From positions 4,091 to 68,090 of the forward strand of contig SVJD01000004.1 in NCBI GenBank assembly GCA_015069165.1: DNA of 64,000 bases. Direction: 5' to 3'. The translations under genes were made by a program, and so were the position numbers. Shown piece by piece: positions 55,456-64,000 of this stretch. Below the pieces are notes generated by a model, which did not search any database, had not been told where the DNA came from, and saw only the letters and a program-made list of their open reading frames with translations. Numbering within the stretch: the stretch's first letter is position 1; each line of letters starts with the position of its first letter. The DNA is from Oscillospiraceae bacterium. GTDB lineage: Bacteria > Bacillota > Clostridia > UBA1212 > UBA1255.

Positions 55456-56688
55456 ATGATTGAACTTTTAGCGCCCGGCGGTAATAAAGTGAAAATGAAG
55501 ACAGCCTTTGAATACGGTGCAGATGCCGTATACATAGGCGGCGATGTTTTCGGTTTGAGAGCAAATGCGGACAATTTTACTTTGGACGAAATTGCTCAAG
55601 CGGCTGATTTTGCTGACAGTATAAACAAAAAAATATACGTAACAATGAATATAATTGCCAGAAATCAGGATTTGCCTGATATGGCAAAATATGCCAAAGA
55701 GTTATCGCAAGCAGGTGTTCACGGTGTGATAATTTCAGATCCCGGAGCATTTATGACAGTTAAAGAAGCAGCGCCGGAGCTCCCTATCCATGTAAGCACG
55801 CAAGCGAATAATTTGAATTGGCGTACTTGCGAATTTTGGCAAAAAATGGGAGCAGTTCGCGTGAATTTGGCAAGAGAGCTCACTTTACCCGAAATTGCCG
55901 AAATACACCGTAATTTAGAAGGAAGAGATTGCAAGCTTGAATTGGAAGCTTTTGTACACGGAGCAATGTGTATGTCCTTTTCCGGCAGATGTATGCTCAG
56001 TGACTATTTCGTAAATCGTTCATCAAACAGAGGCGATTGCGCACAACCTTGCAGATGGAATTATAAAATAATAGAAACAACACGCCCCGACGACATTCTT
56101 GATATTGAAGAAAACGACAGAGGTACATTTTTGTTCAATTCAAAGGATTTATGTATGCTTAAACACCTTAAAGAATTTAAAGATGCCGGTGTTTCATCCT
56201 TTAAAATCGAAGGACGAATGAAAAGCGAGTTTTATGTAGCAGTTACGGTAAGAGCATACCGCCTTGCAATAGATATGTTAGAGCGCGGCGAAGAAATGAA
56301 TGAAGAAACATTAAACAATCTTCTTTCTGAAGTATGCAGCGTAAGCCATAGGGATTATTGCAGCGGATTTTATTTAGGCGAAAAAGGCAGCCAAATTTAT
56401 GAAACTTCCTCATATAAAAGAGAAACGGACTTCATCGGTACGGTTGATTCTTGCGAAAAGCTCAGGGAAGGCATATTTAAACTTACATTGACAGAAAGAG
56501 GCGCGTTCTCTGTAGGAGATGAATTGGAATTTGTTCCCGCAACAGGAAAAATTATAAACCACATTGTAACAGAAATGGAAAATTCCGACGGAGAAAAAAT
56601 AGAAAGAGCGCCTCACGCAATGATGAAAGTAACAATGGAAGTTCCGTTTGAAGTTGCAAGCGGCACGGTAATAAGACGCAGAAAATGA
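55456..56688 (+). CDS. trhP: U32-family peptidase-like protein (YrrN/YrrO / TrhP-type tRNA hydroxylation factor)
   Basis: 'ELLAPGGN...A...GADAVYIGG', 'HVSTQAN', 'ELEAFVHGAMCMSFSGRCMLS', 'CAQPCRW'. Confidence 0.75.
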   Translation: MIELLAPGGNKVKMKTAFEYGADAVYIGGDVFGLRANADNFTLDEIAQAADFADSINKKIYVTMNIIARNQDLPDMAKYAKELSQAGVHGVIISDPGAFMTVKEAAPELPIHVSTQANNLNWRTCEFWQKMGAVRVNLARELTLPEIAEIHRNLEGRDCKLELEAFVHGAMCMSFSGRCMLSDYFVNRSSNRGDCAQPCRWNYKIIETTRPDDILDIEENDRGTFLFNSKDLCMLKHLKEFKDAGVSSFKIEGRMKSEFYVAVTVRAYRLAIDMLERGEEMNEETLNNLLSEVCSVSHRDYCSGFYLGEKGSQIYETSSYKRETDFIGTVDSCEKLREGIFKLTLTERGAFSVGDELEFVPATGKIINHIVTEMENSDGEKIERAPHAMMKVTMEVPFEVASGTVIRRRK

Positions 56689-56701
56689 CGGAGGACAGAC
56701 G

Positions 56702-57301
56702 ATGTTTGAGTATATAAAAGGAGTTTTGCAATATAAAGGCACTGATTATTGTGTAATAGATGTAAATGGCGTGGGATTTAAAATTTTTACATCTCATATT
56801 ACGGCAGCCGGCGTAGGCGAGAGCGGACAGACGGTTACTCTTTACACATATATGAATGTAAAAGAAGACGAAATTTCGCTTTTCGGCTTTGCTTCAAGAG
56901 AAGAACTTTCCGTTTTTAATATGCTGATAAGTGTAAGCGGTGTAGGACCTAAAATGGGACTTGCTGTGCTTGTGGCTATGTCACCGTCGGAATTTAGTTT
57001 GGCTGTTGCTACCGGAGATTTCAAAGCAATCAGTAAAAGTAAAGGCGTAGGTCCTAAACTTGCACAAAGAATTGTTTTGGAGTTAAAAGATAAAATAAGC
57101 AAAGATATAAAAGTGCAAGAGCAAACGGCAGAAGAAACATTCGAGCCGGTACCTACAGGTTACATAAGTAACGATGCGATTTCGGCACTTATGGTGCTGG
57201 GTTATACATCAAAAGAGGCGGCAAAATTAGTCGCAAAAGTGTATGAGGACGGTATGACATTGGAAGAAACCGTACGCAAAGCATTAAAGCAAGCATTTTG
57301 A
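56702..57301 (+). CDS. ruvA: Holliday junction DNA helicase RuvA
   Basis: 'MFEYIKG', 'LFGF', and the HhH motifs 'LISVSGVGPKMGLAVL' and 'SKGVGPKLAQRIVLELK'. Confidence 0.93.
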   Translation: MFEYIKGVLQYKGTDYCVIDVNGVGFKIFTSHITAAGVGESGQTVTLYTYMNVKEDEISLFGFASREELSVFNMLISVSGVGPKMGLAVLVAMSPSEFSLAVATGDFKAISKSKGVGPKLAQRIVLELKDKISKDIKVQEQTAEETFEPVPTGYISNDAISALMVLGYTSKEAAKLVAKVYEDGMTLEETVRKALKQAF

Positions 57302-57325
57302 CAGAAGAAAAAATAAGGTGATGTT

Positions 57326-58372
57326 ATGAGTTTTGACGAAAATCGTCTTGTTACGGGAGCAGTATCATTTGAAGATACAGAAGAAACAAGCTTAAGACCA
57401 AAAAAATTCGAAGAATATATAGGACAGGAAAAAGTTCGCAGTAACCTTTCTGTTTTTATAGAAGCAGCCAAGAAAAGAAATGAGCCTTTGGATCACGTAC
57501 TTTTGTACGGCCCTCCCGGATTGGGAAAAACAACACTTGCCGGCATTATAGCTGCGGAAATGGGTGTTAATTTAAGAATTACAACAGGACCTGCGATAGA
57601 AAAAGCGGCAGATTTGGCAGGATTGCTTACTAATTTAAATGATAACGATGTCTTGTTTATTGACGAGATACATAGATTAAACAGAGCCGTTGAAGAAATT
57701 CTTTATCCGGCAATGGAAGATTTTGCCTTTGATATAATAATGGGAAAAGGCCCTGCGGCAAGGTCGTTAAGACTTGATTTGCCAAAATTTACATTAGTTG
57801 GAGCAACTACCAGAGCAGGACTTTTGACAGCGCCGCTTCGCGACAGATTCGGAGTAATCAGCAGACTTGAAATGTATACACCTGAAGAATTATCAAAAAT
57901 CGTAAAGCGTTCCGCCAACATTTTGCAAGTGGAAATAGACGAAAAAGGCGCGCATGAAATAGCACTTCGCTCAAGAGGAACACCGAGAATTGCAAACAGA
58001 CTTTTAAAAAGAGTGCGCGATTTTGCCGAGGTTAAAGGCGACGGCATAATTACAGGAAATATATCAAAAATAGCCTTGGATGCTTTGGAAGTAGACAAGT
58101 TGGGACTCGACAATATTGACAGAAATTTGCTGACAACCATAATTGTGAAGTTTTCGGGCGGTCCTGTTGGTCTTGACACTTTAGCAGCCGCAACGGGAGA
58201 GGAACATACCACAATAGAAGATGTGTACGAGCCGTATTTGATTCAGTTGGGATTTATAAGCAAAACGCCCAGAGGAAGAATCGCTATGCCGCTTGCATAC
58301 GAACATTTAGGACTTTCTCATTTGCTGAATTGTTGCAACAATAACCCGACACTTTTCGACATTGAAGAATAA
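57326..58372 (+). CDS. ruvB: Holliday junction DNA helicase RuvB
   Basis: '[13 protein letters not shown]', '[14 protein letters not shown]', 'LFIDEIHRL', '[15 protein letters not shown]'. Confidence 0.96.
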   Translation: MSFDENRLVTGAVSFEDTEETSLRPKKFEEYIGQEKVRSNLSVFIEAAKKRNEPLDHVLLYGPPGLGKTTLAGIIAAEMGVNLRITTGPAIEKAADLAGLLTNLNDNDVLFIDEIHRLNRAVEEILYPAMEDFAFDIIMGKGPAARSLRLDLPKFTLVGATTRAGLLTAPLRDRFGVISRLEMYTPEELSKIVKRSANILQVEIDEKGAHEIALRSRGTPRIANRLLKRVRDFAEVKGDGIITGNISKIALDALEVDKLGLDNIDRNLLTTIIVKFSGGPVGLDTLAAATGEEHTTIEDVYEPYLIQLGFISKTPRGRIAMPLAYEHLGLSHLLNCCNNNPTLFDIEE

Positions 58373-58388
58373 AATTCGGCGGTGAAAT

Positions 58389-58874
58389 ATGATTATTATG
58401 GGTGTGGACCCCGGCTTTGCGATAACGGGATACAGTATAGTTGAATATCAAAACAATAAGCTTAAATTGCTTGATGTGGGCGCAGTAAGCACAAAAGCAG
58501 GGGAGCTTTTTACATGGCGGCTTTTGCAGATTGACGAGAAACTTAATGAAATCATGCAAAAATATAAACCTGATGCCTTTGCGATAGAGGAACTTTTCTT
58601 TAACAATAATGCCAAAACTGCCATTGCGGCAGCACAAGGCAGGGGAGTTGCAGTTATGGCGGCAGTAAAAAACGGAATTCCCGTGTACGAATATACTCCG
58701 CTTCAAGTAAAGCAAGCTGTGGCAGGATATGGCAGAGCTGACAAAAACCAGGTACAGCAAATGGTTAAGACCATTTTTCACATGGATAAAATCATAAAGC
58801 CCGACGATGCGGCAGATGCCGCGGCAATTGCAGTTTGCCACGCATTTTCCCACAGATTTGCAGAAAGGATTTAG
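58389..58874 (+). CDS. ruvC: crossover junction endodeoxyribonuclease RuvC
   Basis: 'IIMGVDPGFAITGY', 'AIEELFFNNN', 'KPDDAADAAAIAVCH'. Confidence 0.92.
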   Translation: MIIMGVDPGFAITGYSIVEYQNNKLKLLDVGAVSTKAGELFTWRLLQIDEKLNEIMQKYKPDAFAIEELFFNNNAKTAIAAAQGRGVAVMAAVKNGIPVYEYTPLQVKQAVAGYGRADKNQVQQMVKTIFHMDKIIKPDDAADAAAIAVCHAFSHRFAERI

Positions 58875-58877
58875 CTT

Positions 58878-59402
58878 ATGGCAAGTGGAGTTTTGTTGCA
58901 TATTTGTTGCGGTCCGTGCAGCCTTTATTGCATTGATGAGTTGAATACGGAATTTCGCGGGGAAATTACAGGTTATTACGCAAATCCGAATATACATCCG
59001 TACGATGAATTTATGAGGCGTAAAGGTTCTACGGCGGAAGCGTGCAGAGCGAAAGATATTCCGCTTATAACGGAAGATATCTACGACATACAAAGATGGA
59101 AAGCCTTTAAAAGTTCGTGTGCAGAAAGATGTGAAATGTGCTATACTGTGAGAGCAGAACTTTCTGCTAAAAAAGCGGCAGAACTCGGTTTTGAATATTA
59201 TACAAGTACATTGTTTGTCAGTCCGTATCAGAACCACTTTTTGATGAAGGAAATATTTGACAGAGAAGGCAAAAAGTACGGAGTAAAGTTTTTGTACAAA
59301 GATTTCAGAGATGGTTTTCGCACAGGGCAAATGCAAGCGAAAGAATTGGGGCTTTACAGACAAAAATACTGTGGTTGCATAAAATCTTTATATGGGGAAT
59401 GA
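58878..59402 (+). CDS. queH: epoxyqueuosine reductase QueH (DUF208)
   Basis: 'LLHICCGPCS', 'CEMCY', 'SPYQN', 'YRQKYCGC' match the QueH Cys pattern. Confidence 0.88.
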   Translation: MASGVLLHICCGPCSLYCIDELNTEFRGEITGYYANPNIHPYDEFMRRKGSTAEACRAKDIPLITEDIYDIQRWKAFKSSCAERCEMCYTVRAELSAKKAAELGFEYYTSTLFVSPYQNHFLMKEIFDREGKKYGVKFLYKDFRDGFRTGQMQAKELGLYRQKYCGCIKSLYGE

Positions 59403-59407
59403 TTTAG

Positions 59408-60217
59408 ATGAGTGATATTTTAGAAAACAAAGACGAAAATTTGCAGGAGATTTCCGAGGAAGTAACACAAGAAGTTGCACCGGAAATTGCAAACGAAACG
59501 GTTGAAGCAACGGCCGAAGAAACAACCGAAGAAAATTTAGAAGTGTTTTCAGAAGAAGTAACTGAATTTTTGGAAGAAGAAACAAAAGCGGAACAGCAAG
59601 TTGCTCATGAGAAAAAACACTTAATAAAAAACAAGATTGTGAGAGAAATTGTGAGTTGGATAGGAACGATTTTACTGGCAGTTATTATCGCGATAGTGAT
59701 AAACACTTATTTCTTTAGAATAAGCAGAGTTTCTGGCGACTCTATGTTGCAGACATATAAAAGCGGCGAAACCGTATTTGTTACTAAACTTCCGTACATT
59801 TTCGGGGATGTAGAGAAAAACGAAGTGGTAATTTTAGATTCTACGCTTGAAAAAAGAACTTTCTTTACAGATATTTATGAATCTTTGAAATATAATGCTA
59901 TTTCTTATAAAATTTTCGGTGTTGAGCAACCGAAAAAATATTTTATTAAAAGAGTAATAGCTGTTGCCGGTGATACACTTCAAATAAAAGAAGACGGCGT
60001 TTACGTAAACGGCAAGCTTCTCGATGAGCCGTATGTAAACAATGAAAGTAAGCCTAATTACAGCAAGGTTTCTCAAGAATTGAAAAACGGCGTAACTGTG
60101 CCGGATGGTCACATTTTTGTAATGGGTGATAACAGAAATCACAGCAGAGACAGCAGGGATAGCAGTATTGGCTTTGTGCCGGTTAATGATGTTCTTGGTA
60201 AAGTAATAGGAACGTAA
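59408..60217 (+). CDS. lepB: signal peptidase I with a long acidic N-terminal extension
   Basis: 'VSGDSMLQTY' (Ser box), 'IKRVIAVAGD' (Lys box), 'VMGDNRNHSRDSR'. About 80 Glu-rich residues precede the TM. Confidence 0.9.
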   Translation: MSDILENKDENLQEISEEVTQEVAPEIANETVEATAEETTEENLEVFSEEVTEFLEEETKAEQQVAHEKKHLIKNKIVREIVSWIGTILLAVIIAIVINTYFFRISRVSGDSMLQTYKSGETVFVTKLPYIFGDVEKNEVVILDSTLEKRTFFTDIYESLKYNAISYKIFGVEQPKKYFIKRVIAVAGDTLQIKEDGVYVNGKLLDEPYVNNESKPNYSKVSQELKNGVTVPDGHIFVMGDNRNHSRDSRDSSIGFVPVNDVLGKVIGT

Positions 60218-60235
60218 TTATTTCGGAGATAAGGT

Positions 60236-60922
60236 ATGGGAAAACTTTTAATTATTGCAGCAACCAACAACAAACATAAATTAGTTGAGTTTAAAGAGAT
60301 TTTTTCTCAAACGGCAGATGCCGATACTCAAGTTATGGCACTGCGCGATGCAATTGACTTGTTTGCAGGCGAAAAAGCGAATTACGATGATCCGGAAGAA
60401 ACGGGAGAAACTTTTGCGGCAAATGCTTTTATAAAAGCTTCGTCTTTGTACAATTTTTTGGGTGATGCTATAAAGAATAACATATCAAATGATATTTTGA
60501 TTGTGGCAGACGATTCCGGTTTGTGCGTGTCCGCGTTAGACGGTGCGCCCGGGGTTTTCTCGGCGAGATATGCTTCTGAAAATGGTGAAAATGCCACAGA
60601 CAGCCAAAATGTTGAAAAATTACTTCGTGAAATGGAGAAAGTGCCTAATGGAGAGAGACAAGCAGCTTTTGTTTGCTCGGTGGCAGGCATTTTAATAAAA
60701 CCCGATTTGAAAGACTTTGTTTTGCTTACGGCACAAGGTCAAATGCCGGGAATAATAGCACATGAAAGACATGGCCAAAACGGATTCGGATATGATCCTG
60801 TTTTGTTTTTGCCTGAATACGGCAAGTGTGTTGCGGAACTTTCCGCCGAAGAGAAGAATGCAATCAGTCACAGAGGACAAGCTTTAAGAAGATTGGCAGA
60901 CAGATATTATGGTTTGCGTTAA
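60236..60922 (+). CDS. rdgB: XTP/dITP diphosphatase (RdgB/HAM1 family)
   Basis: 'LIIAATNNKHKLVEF', 'DDSGLCV.ALDGAPGV.SARY', 'GFGYDPV', 'SHRGQA'. Confidence 0.9.
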   Translation: MGKLLIIAATNNKHKLVEFKEIFSQTADADTQVMALRDAIDLFAGEKANYDDPEETGETFAANAFIKASSLYNFLGDAIKNNISNDILIVADDSGLCVSALDGAPGVFSARYASENGENATDSQNVEKLLREMEKVPNGERQAAFVCSVAGILIKPDLKDFVLLTAQGQMPGIIAHERHGQNGFGYDPVLFLPEYGKCVAELSAEEKNAISHRGQALRRLADRYYGLR

Positions 60923-62072
60923 AAAATGTGAAACATACGAAAAAGAAACAATCTTAAAATGTATTCGCGAAATATTTGAGCAAAATAAAGTGCTCGAAGG
61001 TATTTCGGGACTTACTGTTGCCGTAAAACCCAACCTTGTTTGCAAAAAAACGCCTGAACACGCGGCAACCACCCACCCCGTAGTTGTATGGGCAGTTTGC
61101 AAACTGTTAAAAGATTCAGGTGCAAACGTAATTATTGCAGAAAGCCCCAGCGGTTTTTATGAAGCGGGACTTTTGAAATCTCTATATAAAATTACGGGAA
61201 TTGAAAAAGCAGCACTCGAATCAGGAGCGGAATTAAATTTCGACACATCGGTAACGGAAGTAGAAAATCCTGACGGAAAATATTTAAAAAAGCTGAAAAT
61301 TTTAACTCCTTTGGCAAAAGCTGACAGGATTATAAATATTGCAAAATTAAAAACACACAGTATGATGGTTTATACGGGAGCAGTAAAAAATCTTTTTGGC
61401 TCTATTGCAGGATTGGAAAAAACACAGTACCATTTCCAATTGTCTGATTATGATGATTTTGCCGATTGTATAATAGATATTTTCTTGGCAAATTCCCCGG
61501 TATTTAACATTATAGATGCAGTTACGGCAATGCATAAAGTAGGGCCTACCGCAGGTGAGCCGTATCAACTTAATAAAATTTTTGCAGGAAATGATGCTTT
61601 TGAAGTTGACGTTGTTGCAACAAGGGCAGTAAACATAGATTGTATGAGAGTTCCTGTTTTAAAGCGCGCCGCAGAAAGAGGGCTTGTTTCATCAGAAGCA
61701 GATAAAATAATTCTTGCCGGAGATGTAAAAACGGGGCAACTTGTACCTGCAGCGGATTTTGTTGTAAAATATAACGATTCCTTGTCAAGACTTCATTTTT
61801 CTGATGGTATTTTGGGTAAGATTATGGCATATTCCATGCGCCCGCGTCCGGTGTTCAACAAAAATAAATGCAAGGCTTGTGACGAGTGCGTAAAATGTTG
61901 CCCGGCAAAAGTTATCCATATAGAAATTCGCGGCAAAAACAAATACGCAAAGGTGAATTTAGATGGTTGCATTCGTTGTTATTGCTGTCAGGAAGTTTGT
62001 ATGTTTAAAGCAATTGATATTAAAAAACCGCTGCTTAACAAAATTGTAGTGAGAAATAAAAGCAGTAAATAG
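60909..62072 (+). CDS. DUF362 domain protein with C-terminal 2x[4Fe-4S] ferredoxin motifs
   Basis: DUF362-type N-terminal region ('VAVKPNLV', 'KTHSM'), plus 'CKACDECVKCCP' and 'CIRCYCCQEVC'. It overlaps rdgB by 14 nt. Confidence 0.75.
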   Translation: MVCVKKCETYEKETILKCIREIFEQNKVLEGISGLTVAVKPNLVCKKTPEHAATTHPVVVWAVCKLLKDSGANVIIAESPSGFYEAGLLKSLYKITGIEKAALESGAELNFDTSVTEVENPDGKYLKKLKILTPLAKADRIINIAKLKTHSMMVYTGAVKNLFGSIAGLEKTQYHFQLSDYDDFADCIIDIFLANSPVFNIIDAVTAMHKVGPTAGEPYQLNKIFAGNDAFEVDVVATRAVNIDCMRVPVLKRAAERGLVSSEADKIILAGDVKTGQLVPAADFVVKYNDSLSRLHFSDGILGKIMAYSMRPRPVFNKNKCKACDECVKCCPAKVIHIEIRGKNKYAKVNLDGCIRCYCCQEVCMFKAIDIKKPLLNKIVVRNKSSK

Positions 62073-62084
62073 GAAGGTAATAAA

Positions 62085-62609
62085 ATGACAGACAAAGAAA
62101 TAAAAGGCATAAATATAGTTTTGGTAGAGCCGGAAATTCCGCAAAACACAGGAAATATTGTGCGTACTTGCGGCGGAATAGGTGCACATCTTCATTTGGT
62201 TAAACCGCTTGGCTTTGAAGTTACCGACAAACATTTAAAACGCGCCGGACTTGATTATTGGCACATGGTAGATATTACTTATTATGACAATTTTAAGCAA
62301 TTGTTAGAAAAATACGGGGCTGACTGCAATTTTTATTACTGTACAACAAAAGGAGCACGCCGTCATACACAAGTAGAATTTAAAGACGGTGATTTTCTCG
62401 TTTTCGGAAAGGAAAGCCGCGGACTTCCGGAAAATCTTTTGGCAGAACATTACGATGAATGTATTCGCATACCTATGCGCCCTGATTTTCGCTCGTTGAA
62501 TCTCAGTAATGCTGTTGCTGTAGTGGCATTTGAAGCTATGAGACAATTGGATTTTGCCGGAATGGAAGAAGTCGGCGCACTTACAGGCCGCCCTGAGTTT
62601 GCTGATTGA
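62085..62609 (+). CDS. trmL: tRNA (cytidine/uridine(34)-2'-O)-methyltransferase TrmL (SpoU/TrmH family)
   Basis: 'IVLVEPEIPQNTGNIVRTC', 'FGKESRGLP', 'RSLNLSNAVAVVAFEA'. Confidence 0.88.
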   Translation: MTDKEIKGINIVLVEPEIPQNTGNIVRTCGGIGAHLHLVKPLGFEVTDKHLKRAGLDYWHMVDITYYDNFKQLLEKYGADCNFYYCTTKGARRHTQVEFKDGDFLVFGKESRGLPENLLAEHYDECIRIPMRPDFRSLNLSNAVAVVAFEAMRQLDFAGMEEVGALTGRPEFAD

Positions 62610-63453
62610 CTTCTTCATACATATCGTAAACTTTGTTTTTGGGCAAATTAAAATAAGCAGCGACATCTTTTATGATGTCGTTTTTTTTGCGGCGAATACC
62701 GGAAGCTTTATCGCTTTCTGCAATTTCGTTAAACTTATTAAAAATATCTTCAGCAGTAGTCGGAACGGTTTCTTCGTTTAGAGTTTTTTTGTCCGCTCCC
62801 TCTATAACCAAAACAAACTCGCCTCTCGGCTCATTTTCACTGAAATGAGCAATATGCGAAGCAACAGTTCCGCGAAGAATTTCTTCGTGGGATTTTGTAA
62901 GCTCGCGGCAAACAGCAACTTTTCTTTCTCCGATGTAATTTGCTAAAAATTCCAAAGTTTTTACAAGTCTGTGGGGAGCTTCGTAGATTATAACAGTACG
63001 CGTTTCAGATACAATCATATCTGCAAATTCCTGCTTTTTCTTATTGTCAGTGCCGATAAAACCCTCGAAAACAAACTTGTCTGTGGGAAGTCCCGAAAGT
63101 ACAAGCGCAGTAATTCCGGCAACAGGCCCGGGAATCATAGAAACTTCCAATCCGGCATCAGTAGCCGCTTTTATTAAGTCGGCACCCGGATCGGATATTC
63201 CCGGTGTACCTGCATCAGAAACAAGAGCAATATTTTCGCCGTTTACAAGTTTTTCTATAAGAACAGGACCTCTTACTGTTTTATTGTGTTCATAATAAGA
63301 AATAAGAGGCTTTTTAATGCCGAAATGCATAAGAAGCTTTTGAGTGTGGCGTGTATCCTCTGCGGCAATAACATCACAATTTTTCAAAACTTCCAATGCT
63401 CTTTGGGAAATATCTCCTAAATTACCAATTGGTGTAGCAACTACGTAAAGCAT
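62581..63453 (-). CDS. rsmI: 16S rRNA (cytidine(1402)-2'-O)-methyltransferase RsmI
   Basis: 'LYVVATPIGNLGDISQRALEVLKNCDVIAAEDTRHT', 'SDAGTPGISDPG', 'YEAPHR'. The 3' end overlaps trmL by 29 nt (convergent). Confidence 0.93.
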   Translation of the reverse strand: MLYVVATPIGNLGDISQRALEVLKNCDVIAAEDTRHTQKLLMHFGIKKPLISYYEHNKTVRGPVLIEKLVNGENIALVSDAGTPGISDPGADLIKAATDAGLEVSMIPGPVAGITALVLSGLPTDKFVFEGFIGTDNKKKQEFADMIVSETRTVIIYEAPHRLVKTLEFLANYIGERKVAVCRELTKSHEEILRGTVASHIAHFSENEPRGEFVLVIEGADKKTLNEETVPTTAEDIFNKFNEIAESDKASGIRRKKNDIIKDVAAYFNLPKNKVYDMYEEVNQQTQGGL

Positions 63454-64000
63454 TTATTTAACCTCAATTCCTTTTTCGATTACAAGATTTTTACCGCCGA
63501 AAAGAACTCCGCGAATTAAAAACAATACCGGCTTTTCAACAATGTTTGAATAAACAAATTTAAGTTCTTTTGGCTCGATTTTGTTTTTTCGCATTTCTTC
63601 TATGGCATCAGCAAGTCTTTCTGTGTGATTTATCATTAAAAATTCTCCGCTTGGTTTAAGTAAATAAGCAGCCTTTTCAATAATATCGCCTAAAGTGCAG
63701 GAAAGTTCATGTCTTGCAATATTAAGTTTATCGCTGTCGTTTAAAATACCTGCTCCTCGCCTTTTGTATGGAGGATTTGTTACGATTGCATCTAAAGAAC
63801 GTCTGTCAAAAAGCTCTGCGGAATTATTTATATCCCCGCATTTTATTGTAATTCTGTTTTTTTCGAGCGCCCCGGAATCCTCGTTCATTTTTACTGAACG
63901 TGCGGCAAGTTCTGCCATTTCTTCCTGTATCTCAAGACCAATGAGTTTTTTTGCATTTGTCTTTGCACTGAGCAAAATCGGCAAAATACCGGTTCCGGTA
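63454..64000 (-). CDS. SAM-dependent N6-adenine methyltransferase, YfiC/TrmN6-like (5'-truncated by the window edge)
   Basis: 'IVTNPPYKRRG' (NPPY). The frame stays open to position 64000 and encodes '...TGTGILPILLS' (motif I), so the real start lies outside the window. Confidence 0.75.
   Translation of the reverse strand, partial: TGTGILPILLSAKTNAKKLIGLEIQEEMAELAARSVKMNEDSGALEKNRITIKCGDINNSAELFDRRSLDAIVTNPPYKRRGAGILNDSDKLNIARHELSCTLGDIIEKAAYLLKPSGEFLMINHTERLADAIEEMRKNKIEPKELKFVYSNIVEKPVLFLIRGVLFGGKNLVIEKGIEVK

Noticed and set aside
58284-59363. A 359-aa ORF on the minus strand, antisense to the 3' end of ruvB, all of ruvC and most of queH.
   Set aside because: - The sense strand carries three genes with unambiguous family motifs.
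- The antisense product is Cys/Phe/Lys/Arg-rich low-information sequence with no motif, no SD and no promoter.
- Long stop-free antisense frames are a known by-product of codon-biased coding regions.

Overview
This is a 64-kb chromosomal window from a low-GC, Clostridia-like Firmicute. Supporting markers are spo0A, hemZ, RuvC rather than RecU, and a Tad/Flp locus.

I count about 68 protein genes, roughly 85% on the + strand. Most are core housekeeping genes:
- aminoacyl-tRNA synthetases trpS and pheST;
- the rpmG-secE-nusG-rplK-rplA-(L10 leader)-rplJ-rplL cluster;
- recJ-relA-MBL-hemZ, dusB, mreB, murC, queA-tgt-yajC and typA;
- mltG-trmR-U32 and ruvABC-queH;
- lepB, rdgB, trmL, rsmI.

I saw no rRNA, tRNA, CRISPR array, transposase, integrase or phage genes.

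All family calls come from motif recognition in the supplied translations. I ran no HMM or BLAST searches. I re-picked several start codons from Shine-Dalgarno (SD) spacing. rpmG (49 aa) falls below the ORF-track cutoff and I added it by eye.

The best candidate for an undescribed system is a compact operon at 9.1-11.1 kb. It encodes a Ser/Thr/Ala/Pro-rich lipoprotein, an HPr-kinase-like P-loop protein, an 84-aa PqqD/RRE-like protein and a membrane-anchored S24/S26 Ser-Lys peptidase. It has no recognisable RiPP maturase, exporter or short precursor gene.

Other points worth a second look:
- a divergently transcribed pair made of spo0A and a degenerate-receiver Spo0A paralog, with a perfect 16-bp palindrome between them;
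- a minimal Tad/Flp pilus locus with an FHA protein but no prepilin peptidase, TadZ or pseudopilins, preceded by a long leader with an orphan SD;
- a preQ1-I-like riboswitch and attenuator in front of yhhQ;
- a stand-alone AAA+/PD-(D/E)xK-like ATPase behind a triple direct repeat;
- a ykvI-like gene whose conserved N-terminal motif lies upstream of any canonical start codon.
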